A stretch of DNA of 64,000 bases, taken from Podarcis pityusensis. Taxonomy: Eukaryota. The DNA lies in NCBI GenBank assembly GCA_964106645.2, contig OZ067047.1; one strand, written 5' to 3'. The position numbers were made by a program, and so were the translations under genes. This document shows positions 1-11,939 of this stretch, in pieces. The first letter of the stretch is position 1. Every line of letters starts with the position of its first letter. The notes beneath the pieces are model-generated. The model saw only the letters and a program-made list of their open reading frames with translations, was not told the origin of the DNA and did not search any database.

Positions 1-1321
1 TACTCAGATAGAATGTTAATTGGAGTACACTCATGGTTCTTGGGACTTCACCACATTTGTCCTTGCTTCACGTACATGGAGGTATTCACTGCTAGGAGCA
101 AAATGTCTCAGTGAATGCATGGTATAGGATAAGAAGGTGTCATACACTGATTTAGGTTGATGATATACTCAACTCACACACATGGTATCCATCCATGTGA
201 AGCCTAGCAGCCACTCTGCTTTATCATTCAGAGCTTGGAAAGGCAATCTCGTGAATCTGTTCCTGAAGTTTTCAAAATAAAGTTGGAAAAATATGTCAAA
301 TGAACTTTAAAGTGGGTTTTAGTGGGCCTCTATAGTTTTTTTGTTGTTTTTTTTAAGGAGGAAAATGTGCTTGCTAAAGGGGTCTCTAGCAAAGATAAGA
401 CTATGACTGACTGGTATAGGATGGATGTGGTGCTGAAATGTACTATTTAATCTGTTTAAAATTACATAAGAGCAGATCCCTTGCCACTTTGAAGAGCAGG
501 GAGGTTTGATGAGCATGAAACAAAACAGGTTTATGAGCCGGCTATAAAAGTTAGCATAGGAAAGACAGGAGACCAGGGAGAAGAAATATGCAGACAATGT
601 ATAGATCAGACCATTCACTGTTATTCTAATTGTTTTATTTTGTAAACCTCCTTGTTATTTTTTACAATGAAATATGGGACCAAGATTGCAGAAGGAACAT
701 TTTGATGAACTCTGTTCATCTTGATCTCATGCAGCACAACACAAGAGGAATTCTCCAACCATCCAATGTTCCCTGAACCAGAGTACTGCCAAAAAGGAGT
801 TAATTCTTAAATCTTGGAGTCAGACTTCCTTGTGGATGTTCTCCACATTTCCAAGCATCATTTCCATAAAAGAACCTCTTCTATCCCTTCTAACGTCATC
901 TCTTTTCTGGAAATATGGTTCTACCACAAACCTTTCATTTTGTTCTAGCTATTATAAAATGTTGGACATTATGTTTTTTTTAAAACAACAACAACCATAA
1001 TTTGCCATAACAAAAGAGAATGAAACATCCTTGACTAACGTGTCACATACTTCTAACAACAGTATCGCTCCCTGCATATTCCTGATTCAAAATTTCATCA
1101 CATGGACACGTCAGTGCCATTCATTGCATGTCTTGCCTTTGGCTCTGAATAAATATGACCCTTGATGCAATCCATCATCTGACTAGCAAAGCTAGGAGCT
1201 CTCTGAAGTAATAAATTAATGAGTCTAATTAATATGTTGGGGAAGGAGGGCATATTATTTATACTTCAGTTAACATTGCAGCACAACTGTAGCCCAAGTT
1301 TGTGAGTTATGTTTCGATCAA

Positions 1322-2222
1322 TCTTCTTCTTCTTCTTTGGTGATCACTCGTAGCCGAGTAAGATTGTCTTCCATAAACATGGATTTAACAATGAGTCCGT
1401 AAGTGACTGTGGAGGCCAATTCTGGATCAACACATCCTTCCACAGTGAGGACATTGGTTCCCGGGCGGGAGTTGATTACGGTGTGGATTTGCCAAGCGTG
1501 CCTTCCTCTTAGCATGTTTCTCCCTTGCGTTCTGGGTTTGAGTGTCTTCAAAGTCCATGACACCTTTGGTAAAGGCTGTTCTCCAACTGGTGCGCTCACA
1601 GTGTTTCCCTGTTGTCGGTGTTTATACTACATTTTTTTAGATTTGCCTTGAGACAGTCTTTAAACCTCTTTTGTTGACCACCAGCATTACGCTTTTCTTT
1701 AAGTTCGGAATAGAGTAGTTGCTTTGGAAGACGATAATCAGGCATCTGCACAACATGACCAGTCCAACGAAGTTGATGTTGAAGAATCGTTGCTTCAACA
1801 CTAGTGATCTTTGCTTCATCCAGTACACTGATATTAGTTCGCCTGTCTTCCCAAGTGATGTGTAAGATTTTTTGGAGACGCTGCTGATGGAATCTTTTGA
1901 GAAGTTGGAGATGGCGTTTGTAAGTGGTCCATGTTTCACAAGCATACAGTAAGGTTGGTAGTACAATAGCTTTGTAAACAAGCAATTTGGTTTCCCTGTG
2001 AATGTCCTGGTTCTCAAACACTCTGCACTTCAATCGGGAGAAAGCCATACTCGCAGAGCTCAGGCGATGCTGGATTTCAGCATCAATGTTGACCCTTGTG
2101 GAAAGATAACTGCCTAGGTAGGAGAAGTGATCAACATTTTCCAACATTACACTATTGAGTTGGATTTGTGGCGCTGAAGAGGGGTTATTTTTACTTGTTG
2201 GTGCAGCACTTTGGTTTTTTGG
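1322..2222 (-). mobile_element. 5'-truncated RTE-clade LINE (C-terminal RT region plus 3' UTR and (GAA)n tail)
   Basis: ORF 1596..2147(-) has RTE motifs FSYLGS, VYKAIVLPTLLYACETWT, QLRWTGHV..MPDYRLPKQLLYSEL and KRFKD.LK; a (GAA)n tail lies at ~1322-1337 on the minus strand. Confidence 0.9.
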
Positions 2223-2263
2223 ATAATAATAATGATAATAATAATAATAATAATAATAATAAT
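2223..2263. repeat. (TAA)n microsatellite, probably the tail of the adjacent L2
   Basis: Visible tandem taa units. Confidence 0.9.
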
Positions 2264-2620
2264 TTATTTATACCCCACCCTCCTCAGCCAGAGCTGGGCT
2301 CAGGGCGGCTAACACCAGTAAAATTACAATAAATACATTAAGGGGGGTGGGACCAATTTAAAATACAGGTTAATATGCAATTTAAAATGCAGCCTCATTT
2401 TAAAAGTAGCCCATAGATCAAAACCACAAGGGGAGGGAAAACATAAGGGTCAGACTGAGTCCAAACCAAAGGCCAGGTGGGACAGCTCCATCTTGCAGGC
2501 CCTGCGGAAAGATGTCAAGTCCCACAGGGCCCTAGTCTCTTGTGACAGAGCATTCTACCAAGTTGGGGCCAGTACTGAAAAGGCCCTGGCCCTAGTTTTG
2601 ACCAATCTAACCACCTTGCG
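2264..2620 (-). mobile_element. L2-clade LINE 3' fragment
   Basis: Minus translation RAFSVLAPTW*NALSQETRALWDLTSFRRACKMELSHLAFG matches the L2 ORF2 C-terminus pattern; a typical L2 3' end runs into the (TTA)n tail. Confidence 0.75.
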
Positions 2621-3372
2621 ACTTGGGACTTGAGTGACAAAGTGAATAGAAAACAGTGTGGGGAAATGAAAAAATAGAGAATTGTAGGCTTGCCACTCAC
2701 CATATCACAGAGGGGAAAATGATATGTCTTAGAAATGCCATTAGAAATCCTTGCTTCATAACCGTTCGGGACGCAAGATGCCCTTTTCTTCCATTTAAGG
2801 TGCAACAAGACTGTTATAGATGATGAAAACAAGAAAGCAAATCTGAAACAAGTCATTCTTATTTAAGATAGACGCCCACATTAATCAGAGATGCCACACC
2901 ATAGTGCAAGTCTTTTATCAAAAAGCCACAACATTATTGCTGAGGGTATTAAAAGGATTTGAAATAGGATTGCCAGGTGAAACACCTGTGAAGAAAATCT
3001 TCCTAAAATCTAGGGCATGAATTACTTTTTGCTTTGTTTTTTTTAAAAAACACAATCTATAGTAGCTTTGCTTATTACTATTATCAGAATTCTGATCATT
3101 TCTCCTCCACCACCCTAGCAGCAGGCATTGTTGAAATGTTGAGAAATGCTAAAATTCTTATCATTCTCATGCAACAATCTAACATCTTGCTGATTGTTCT
3201 GTTTCTGGCAGAGTTTATTGCACAGCAAGATGTGAAATGTTTGATGAATAGATTAGTACAATAAAATGCAAAGCAGCATGTCAGGGGAGAGAAAGAAATC
3301 GAGAATTTCCATAATTTCTTCCCTTATTTAGAAGCAAATGTAAACTTTGTGAGGTCTTCCTTTGCTCTGTAA

Positions 3373-3500
3373 CAGGGGTGGGGAATCTGGTCTTCCAGAT
3401 GTTGCTGGTATCCAAATCTCATCAGTTTGAGCCAGCATAGACTGCAATCAAGGATGGTGGGAGCTGCAACATCTGGAGGAGCACAGATTCCCCATCCCTG
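3373..3500. mobile_element. Short non-autonomous hAT-type MITE
   Basis: TIRs caggggtggggaatctg / cagattccccatccctg; near-perfect 8-bp TSD ctctgtaa/ctctataa. Related degenerate copies lie at ~8148-8310, ~42688-42920 and ~44620-44730. Confidence 0.75.
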
Positions 3501-4095
3501 CTCTATAAAGAATAAAACAATGAGGGGACAAAGCTATGAATAATAGCAGAAAGAGAAAAAAAATGAAAAGAAAATGAAGCACAGCCATATATGTGCCTCA
3601 ACCTCCAATGGGGCAGTTTCTTCTTCATTGCTCAGGTCCAAATAAATAGTTCCTGGCTATTAAGTATTTAATTGAAACCGTACAAAGAGTGGAATCTAAA
3701 TGCCTTTATCAGACTTTCTTGCAGATGTATTTCCTACAAGAAATTTGGTGTGGAATATTTTGTTTTCGAAATGCAGAATAAACTGTATTACATACATAAT
3801 CTTACATCACATTCACTGTATTGCCCCTAGGACACTGACAATGCAATTTTTATATACCTACTCAAAAGTAAGTCCCATTAAGTTGAAACATGACTCAGCA
3901 GTCCTAGAATTTCTTCTCAGCTGCACCAGAAGTCCACATTTCCCTTCTTTTCCCAGAGTTCTACTTGTTCTTTACTTAAAGGGACAGTAAGATACGTATT
4001 GTTGTTAGTTTGGGTGATGGAAGACTCCCCATAATTCTTGGATTGAGTAAAAGCAAGAAATAATCAAGGTTTGATTTAAAATGGTGCCAAAAACC

Positions 4096-4223
4096 TAAGG
4101 TTGCCATATTTCAAAAAATAAAAACCAGGACATCTCAAAAGTTGTTGAGCTTTTTTAAGGACATAAATTCTGTCTTTGAAATCCTGGTAATGTCTGGGAA
4201 AATTTGGATGTATGGCAGCCCTA
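4096..4223. mobile_element. hAT-like MITE (TAGGGTTGCCA-type termini)
   Basis: TIRs taaggttgccata / tatggcagcccta. Confidence 0.6.
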
Positions 4224-4669
4224 CAAACACTGAAACCTATGTTTGTGCTAACAACACCAGGTAGCTTCTTCATGAGGTAATCACCAATAGTGCTTGAGTG
4301 ATCAGCCTAACAAAAGGAAAGCAGATTGGACCATCTTTCCAGCTGGAACTCGCTGGAACATCCAGCATCTCTCAGGTTGGCACCTTTCCCATTATATGAG
4401 AACATGGGTTTGACACCTCTTTTTCTAGAAAAATAGCACTTGGCCACTGAGAGATTCAATGTGAGGCAACAAAATAGATGAAACCTTACTGGGCTCTGGT
4501 TTTAGTCAGAAAACAAAAGGTCAGTAGCTTTGGTATAGGATTACAGTTTGCCTGAGGTAAACAACAGGAACAAGTGTCATTTTGCAAGAGGCTTGGGAAA
4601 TGGAGTTTGCCAGGGTGACAGTGGGCACTGATGTAAACGGAAGGGGCAGTTGTGTTTGGCATGGGGTCT

Positions 4670-4952
4670 AGGCTGGTTGAGGCAAGCTGGGAGAGAAACA
4701 TGGAAATGGATGGCATATTGGCTGCCCTGAGGTCCAGTGCTGTGCTCCTGCAGGAAGGAAGCCCCTCTTGAGATGTGAAAACTCTGAATTCTCACTGCAA
4801 TAGGCTCAGGTGTAAATATGTGTAACTAAACCATATTTCATAAAGACTGCAATCTCCATTGTGCCTCATTTCTGAGGAAACACAACCCTCGTTGAGTGCC
4901 AGGACCCCTAGAATCTCGCACCGCTTGGAAGAGATTGGGGTGGCCCATAATA
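4670..4952 (+). mobile_element. Degenerate solo LTR, 3' part (copy 1; 5' boundary uncertain)
   Basis: Aligns by eye with 6790-6943 and the reverse complement of 8451-8730; ends ...ggggtggcccataata. Confidence 0.55.
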
Positions 4953-5334
4953 CTATTAACTAACAATAAAGAGAAAGCTTAAGGCAGGCTATATATTTAA
5001 ATAAGATTCAGGCAGGACAAGATTACCTTTTGCACCTGCCTAATCAAAAAACAAAGAGGCAACGCACACAGACAGGGGCATTCTGGGAAAAGGGAGGCCT
5101 ACAGTTCACTCTGTGTCCAGCTCAGCCACCACCCAAGGTAAAAACACAAATAAAATACACAAATTACTTTTTAAAAAATGTGAGAGGTGTTGGAACCTCA
5201 GCAGGCATCAAGACGGGTACCATATTGGAGAACCCAAACATAGAATCTTCTGTACAATAAAAGAAAACACTGTATCTAGACAGTCCTGCGACATTTCTGC
5301 AGCTCTAGCGAGTTCACCTGCCTTTTTTAAATAT

Positions 5335-6943
5335 TGCTATGGGTTTGTGGGTGGCCAGATTCCCCTAAATTCCTGGGTGCCAGATTCCCTCCATAATTCC
5401 AGGGTTTAATAAAAGTTAGAATTAAATAAGATTTGATTAAACTTTGCCAAACACAGAACCCACCTGGATTTAGTCATGCTAATGAGCCATAACAGCTCAG
5501 CAGAGAACTAGCTGGATGGGCCATTGTTGTTTAGTCATTTAGTCATGTCCGACTCTTCGTGACCCCATGGACCAGAGCACGCCAGGCACTTTTGTCTTCC
5601 ACTGTCTCCCGCAGTTTGGTCAGACTCATGTTTGTAGCTTCGAGAATACTGTCCAACCATCTCGTCCTCTGTCATCCCCTTCTCCTTGTGCCCTCAATCT
5701 TTCCCAACATCAGGGTCTTTTCCAGGGAGTCTTCTCTTCTCATGAGGTGGCCCAAGTATTGGAGCCTCAGCTTCGCGATCTGTCCTTCCAGTGAGCACTC
5801 AGGGCTAATTTCCTTAAGAATGGATGCGTTTGATCTTCTTGCAGTCCATGGGACTCTCAAGAGTCTCCTCCAGCACCATAATTCAAAAGCATCAATTCTT
5901 CGGCAATCAGCCTTCTTTATGGTCCAGCTCTCACTTCCATACATCACTACTGGGAAAACCATGGCTTTAACTATACGGACCTTTGTTGGCAAGGTGATGT
6001 CTCTGCTTTTTACGACGCTGTCTAGGTTTGCCATCGCCTTTCTCCCAAGGAGCAGGCATCTTTTAATTTCGTGACTGCTGTCACCATCTGCAGTGATCAC
6101 GGAGCCCAAGAAAGTAAAATCTCTCACTGCCTCCATTTCTTCCCCTTCTATTTGCCAGGAGGTGATGGGCCCAGTGGCCATGATCTTCGTTTTTTTGATG
6201 TTGAGCTTCAGACCATATTTTGCACTCTCCTCTTTCACCCTCATTAAGAGGTTCTTTAATTCCTCCTCACTTTCTGCCATCAAGGTTGTGTCATCTGCAT
6301 ATCTGAGGTTGTTGATATTTATTCCGGCAATCTTAATTCCGGCTTGGGATTCATCCAGCCCAGCCTTTTGCATGATGAATTCTGCATATAAGTTAAATAA
6401 GCAGGGAGACAATATGCAGCCTTGTCGTACTAATGGATGGGCCATTAGCAGGGGACAAAGACCAATGAAAGCCCATCAAGGAAACCATCAGAGGGCAAGA
6501 CTGCCAGGCAAGGGGGAGTGTAGCCCCTTCTTTGCTGGGTGCTTGTAGGCAGAGGCCAAGGTCATGTGTAGGGTTTCAACTTTGAATGACGTAGGGGTGG
6601 GAAAGGTCCTTGGAGTTGGTTAACAGAGAGAAGGAGGAGGGGCAGAATTCCACGTGAGAGGGGGATGACAGGCTGTAACTAACAGATACAGAAGATGGCT
6701 TTTTGCTGTCCTTTGAATCCAATGCTGCCCTTAAGGGGGAAGCCCAGCCTTCATAGGATGGGAATGCTCTGCAATCCCTCCATCTAGGTGCAGGTTCTAT
6801 AGATGTGCAAATATAACCACATCTCATAAAGACACCACAGACTCTGCTGTGCCTAATTTCTGAAGGAAACACGAACCTTGGGCGAGTGCCTGGAACCCCT
6901 AGAATCTTACACTGCTCAAAGATGGGGGGGGGGGTACATAACA
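5335..6943 (+). mobile_element. Solo LTR (copy 2) interrupted by a BovB insertion
   Basis: Termini TGctatg...cataaCA form a short TIR; flanked by a 4-bp TSD ATAT (5331-5334, 6944-6947); 3' part is homologous to copies 1 and 3. Confidence 0.6.
5526..6433 (-). mobile_element. BovB (RTE-clade LINE), 5'-truncated
   Basis: ORF 5672..6445(-) VRQGCILSPCLFNLY...NNLRYADDTTL...FPVVMYGSESWTIKKA...DAFELWCWRRLLRVPWTARRSN; BovB 3' end with (CAA)-like tail; 13-bp TSD tggatgggccatt at 5513-5525 and 6434-6446. Confidence 0.95.
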
Positions 6944-7379
6944 ATATGTTCAATACACACAAATGGGCCTTTAATTTTAATTTGTTTTCCTCTTGAGAAA
7001 TGAGTAGAGCAATAATGCCATTGAATAATGAAGTAAGTACTCTAAAATCCATGAAGTCTTCAGAGTTCACCACAATGTTTGTGCCTTTTCAGCACTATTG
7101 ATGAGACCTGTTTTTAATTAGCAACGGCGGTGAACCTGAGCCTCCTTAGACCAATTCAGCTATAAGTAATGCAGTGATCACCGTCTTCAAGGTGGAAGCT
7201 GTATTTGGAATTCTACTTGAAGGTACACTTATGATTAGCCCTACAGGAACAAACCACAGGGTTCAGTACAGGGAAGGCACCTGTTTTAAAATTCCAGCTT
7301 AAAATAACAACAACTTTATATGAAATAAAAAAAATTTTCCTTCCTGTAGCACCTTAAAGACCAACTAAGTTAGTTCTTG

Positions 7380-7417
7380 GTATAAGCTTTCGTGTGCATG
7401 CACACTTCTTCAGATAC
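7380..7417 (-). ncRNA. Hammerhead ribozyme motif (inverted copy)
   Basis: Exact reverse complement of 7951-7988. Confidence 0.75.
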
Positions 7418-7950
7418 ACTGAAACAGAAGTTACCAGATCCTTCTATATATTGAGAAGGTGGGGAGGGGTATTACTTAGAAGGGTGGTGGGAATCGGAGA
7501 TTGGCAGATAGCTGAGATGAGCCTGTTGACGACTCTTAACGACTGTAATAGGTCTTACAGGAAAAGGCAAGGGGTGAGAAGGTGAGAAATGGCTTAGTCA
7601 TGTATAATGAGATAAGAATCCGATGTCTCTGTTCAGCTGTTTTACTACAAAGGAATTTCAGAAATAGACTGGAAAGAGAAGCTGCTGAATTACAACTCAT
7701 TACCAAACTTAAAACAATGGAGAAACCTGGTCTGAACAGAGACATCGGATTCTTATCTCATTATACATGACTAAGCCATTTCTCACCTTCTCACCCCTTG
7801 CCTTTTCCTGTAAGACCTATTACAGTCGTTAAGAGTCGTCAACAGGCTCATCTCAGCTATCTGCCAATCTCCGATTCCCACCACCCTTCTAAGTAATACC
7901 CCTCCCCACCTTCTCAATATATAGAAGGATCTGGTAACTTCTGTTTCAGT

Positions 7951-7988
7951 GTATCTGAAGAAGTGTGCATGCACACGAAAGCTTATAC
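7951..7988 (+). ncRNA. Minimal type I hammerhead ribozyme motif in the Penelope pLTR
   Basis: GUAU-CUGAAGA-A-GUGUGC-AU-GCACAC-GAAA-GCU-U-AUAC: conserved core, 6-bp stem II, palindromic AAGCUU stem III, stem I GUAU/AUAC. Confidence 0.75.
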
Positions 7989-8450
7989 CAAGAACTAACT
8001 TAGTTGGTCTTTAAGGTGCTACAGGAAGGAAAATTTTTTTTATTTCGACTATGGCAGACCAACACGGCTACCCATCTGTAACTTTATATGAGTTTGTTTT
8101 GAAATTGCATGCTACTAGAGCAGAAGAATTAGCCTGCTCAGCTATAGCACCTTCCCCAACCTGGTTCCTTCCAGATGCTGTGGACTATAGCTCCCATTAT
8201 CTCTGAGCATTGGCCATTCTAGCTAATGCTTATGGGAGTTATAGTATAATGACAACTCCCATCAGCTTCAGCCATCATGGCCAATGGTCAGGGCACTAGG
8301 CTGAAGAAAGGCCAGTTATAGCACAGTAAACAACATAGCACATATGGGATGGATAGTGTGAATACTTCCCACCCCCCATCCCCGAGTGAAGGAAATATCA
8401 AGCAATGGGGATCTGGATGGCAAATGTAACAGCTATGATTTAGATAAAGC

Positions 8451-8730
8451 TGTTACTGGCCACCCCAATCTCTGCCAAGCAGTACATGAGTTTCCAAAGG
8501 GTTTGGTACTCAACCAGGGTCTGTGTTCCTTTGGGGAAAATGAGGCACAGCAGAGTCTGCAGTGTCTTTGAAATATTATTTATTTACAGATATTTACACC
8601 AGAAGCTTTCAGTGGAGAGAGATTTCATAGTATTCACATCTCAGGAGGAGCCCATCCTTCACAGCCACCCCAGCATTGGATTCCCAGACATCTCTGTGCC
8701 TCTCTCCAAGCCTGCCATCAGCCAGCCTTC
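8451..8730 (-). mobile_element. Degenerate solo LTR, 3' part (copy 3)
   Basis: Reverse complement aligns with copies 1 and 2; contains aataaa-like signal tgtaaataaat and ends ...ggggtggccagtaaCA. Confidence 0.55.
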
Positions 8731-10109
8731 CAAGACGTTTCCGGCCTTAAGGGCTGCTCATCCAGTTCTCCCGCTTCTTCCCCAACCTCTAATGTTCAAA
8801 AGGATGCATTTTGCCCATGTGCCACCTGTAAGCTTAAAGAAAATTTATTATAGCAGGAGCTTTCATGGAATAGAGTCCACTGCACTAGGTGCACAAAGTA
8901 TTATCTTCAGTTGTCAGTGATATATACCTATTGCAGTATGGGGAGAAAGGTAAGCAATAGGGTCAAATGGCAATGCAATTATAAAAGTACAGTCCGATGC
9001 TTTCATTACATGACCAGTCACAACAGCAGTAGTCAGTGGAAACCCTCTTCATGCATTTGAAAGCACACGTGTTTGTGGGGAGGAGGGAGTAGAGACAGGC
9101 ACATATATGTTGGTTTCGTCCCCAATTTCCCCACAAGTGCCGGGTGCACTGACCTGCCCCTGTTAGTGGATTGAGACTGCAAAAACACTTGCCAGATTCT
9201 GTCTGCAGTCTGACATTGTCTGTGAATATTAGCACTCATTTAGTATACTCATAGGAGATAGAGCAACTGGCAACAGTTGAGATGAACATTTTCATTATGC
9301 TTTTTAAATTGACTTTTAATTTGAAAGCAACTCTTTAAAGCCAATTACAGATTGTCCACCATTTTCCTGTAGGCTTATGTTTTCCTGCAGTTTCAACTAA
9401 CTGTGCCCTGTACATTTACATAATCAAATTAAAAACATTTGGGAGTGTTATTTCCCAAAGTGTAATACTGAAAATTTTCAGTCACTTCTCAGAACTACAT
9501 ATAAACACAGGCCAGCTATGCCATAGTGTTATTTTCTGCATATAATACCACATTCTCTTTACATACTTTGCATGCCAAAGCCCCCAAATTAACTCACTGG
9601 CATCTCCAGTAGGGCTGGTGAAGACTCTTCTCCAAAATCTGGTAAAATTGGGTTGGCAACCTTTTGGGGCCAGTGAACACATTTGAGATACACGTACAAG
9701 TCACAAAATGGCTGTTGTGGGGTGTATGACATAACACAAAATGGCAGCTGCATGAGTGGGGGTCATAAAATGAAATGGTAGGTGTGGAGTGTAATGTAAC
9801 ACAAAATGGCTGCCACATCTAAAAGATCAGAAAAATGAAGCAAGAACACAAAATCGTGCAAACATTCCCACCTCCCTCATGCTTTGTGGGTTTTAGAGGA
9901 GATATTTTGTAAGATAACCAGCCTCATATAACTAGCATTCTTGGGTCTAATTAATGAAGGGGTTAATGTCATAGTGTAAGTTGTCCTGCCAGGCTTAGCT
10001 AGGTCACTCCCCCTCAATTTGGGAGGAAGGTAATCAAATTTATTCTAGCTTAACATGTGAGATCTGAGCTGGCTGCTCCAAGCTCAGACCACATGGCTCT
10101 AAAAAGCCT

Positions 10110-11110
10110 TTCTAGAGTTCCTTTACCAATAATTTAACAACAAAAACAAAAAGAGAATTCCATAAATTCCCATGGACTTCCCTCCTCCCCTTTGTGGATC
10201 CTTATGTTAACTTTTTTCCTCCTGCATCTTCTCTATTACAGTGGTACCTCTGGTTATGTACTTAATTTGTTAACCTGAAACTGTTCTTAACCTGAAGCCC
10301 CACTTTAGCTAATGGGGCCTCCCGCTGCTGCTGCGCCGCCGCCGCACGATTTCTGTTCCCATCCTGAAGCAAAGTTCTTAACCCGAGGTACTATTTCTGG
10401 GTGAGCGGAGTCTGTAACCTGAAGCGTATGTAATCTGAAGCGTATGTAACCTGAAGCGTATGTAACCCTAGGTACCACTGTAATGAAATTCTGTTAAATC
10501 TCCATTACAACCATAGTGCAACATTCAACTACAAGTATCCTTCCAGTCCTACTAATAATTTTAATTGTTTCCAATGATTTTAAAGATAAATTAAATATAT
10601 TCCCCATTCCTTATTAAAAGTTTGGTCTTCCTGATTCCTAATTCTTTCGATCATTTATACCATTTTAGTATAGTCCACCAATTTAATTTGCCATTCTTCT
10701 CTGGTAGGGATTGTGTCTGGGTTAGTAATCTCCGGGTAGCAGTGGTCACATACATAAATAGTCTCTTCTGGTCCCTTGGTATTTCGGCACCTAGAATTCC
10801 TAGAAGAAAAGCTTCGGGTTTTTAAAGAAAATGTTATTTTAAACTCTCCCCCCCCCCCCCACAGTTCATTATATATCATCTCCCAAAATAATTTTACTAT
10901 TTTATAAATCCACTACATGTGGTAAAAGGTGCCTTCTTTTTCCTTACATATCCAACATGTATTTGACCTTGCTTGATAGATTTTAGTTAATTTGCCAGGG
11001 GTTACATAATTTGCCAGTGATATATCATTTTCATGTAATTTTCTTTAAGAGTATAACATGTTGTAAACTTTAAATCCCAGTTCTGTAACATCTCCCAGTA
11101 AGTAAACTGT
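10110..11110 (-). mobile_element. L1/Tx1-clade LINE 3' fragment (degenerate), interrupted by a Tc1/mariner MITE
   Basis: Minus frames give NYMKMIY.W, GTFYHM.W, KPEAFLLGI..EIP....LFMYVTTA and IPTREEWQIKLVDY, typical of the L1 ORF2 C-terminal region. Confidence 0.75.
10239..10480. mobile_element. Tc1/mariner (Tigger-like) MITE
   Basis: TIRs cagtggtacct / aggtaccactg, TA TSD, subterminal taacctgaagcgtatg repeats; sister copy at 47382-47615. Confidence 0.85.
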
Positions 11111-11939
11111 TTTTAAACTGACAGAACGTTTGGTCTTTTCTATGCTAGGAGGAAGAAGAGAACTTTGGAAGGAACTTAGAAAGACGTATTTTAAAGATCT
11201 AACAGCCTATATTTCCACGCTTTACTTTGCTGTATATTTTCCTATTTTAAATCTCTGCTGGAGTTCTCTCTCTAGAGTACTAGGCCTAAACCTGCCATCC
11301 AAATAATTTCCTTCCTTCCTTCCCTTCCTTTTTTTTCAAAAAGCATACATAAAAACCCATAGAAAAAGCATACATAAAAAAGAAGATAAATTTTCCTTTT
11401 ATATACCTATCTTCTCCTTGCCAGCAACATATTTACTGAGACCTTATGCAGGCACCATAGGAGGTTCTGTCACCTGTAGGCACTGGGTTGGCAACCGCTG
11501 GCATAGACAATAATGAGCTGCGTGGACCAACGATCTGACTCAATATAAAGCCGCCTCTTGCATCCCTATGTTCTCATATTTGCCTTGGACTATACTCAGC
11601 TTGATGGATCACCAGTCAGGCCTGCCTGCTAAAAAGCAATTCATCCTTAGCTCCATAATATTCCAAACCGAGAAATCCCAAACAGATAACAACAGGCCTA
11701 CACATCCAGTCAGCCACCCATAGCAGCCTGTCAGCTGCTTGCCTGTCAAGGCAGACAGTTCCAGGCAGGCAGCACCTATGATCTGCCATACATGGTTGAT
11801 GGTGACTCCATTCAGCTTGGTAAAACCGTTGCTGCTTGTGGTCCCTCCTGGTTAGGGTCATCCAATCATGCAAGCAAGCGAAATTTGTCATTATTAACCA
11901 GTTAGTCTGCTCAAAAGAAATATTCCTCTCCCACACGTA

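Larger units (their letters stand above)
7322..8079 (+). mobile_element. Penelope-like retroelement, truncated, with inverted pseudo-LTR structure
   Basis: Arms 7322-7636 and 7732-8046 are reverse complements; GIY-YIG-type C-terminal peptide ...LQRNFRNRLEREAAELQLITKLKTMEKPGLNRDIGFLSHY* spans spacer and right arm; 12-bp flanking direct repeat aactttatatga at 7312-7323 and 8080-8091. Confidence 0.88.

Noticed and set aside
5559-6548. Plus-strand ORFs of 171 and 151 aa
   Set aside because: Antisense shadows of the BovB RT frame
6576-7073. 165-aa minus-strand ORF
   Set aside because: Runs through solo-LTR sequence; no protein motif or splice context
7394-7974. Two identical 63-aa ORFs on opposite strands
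   Set aside because: A by-product of the Penelope inverted repeat, not a duplicated gene
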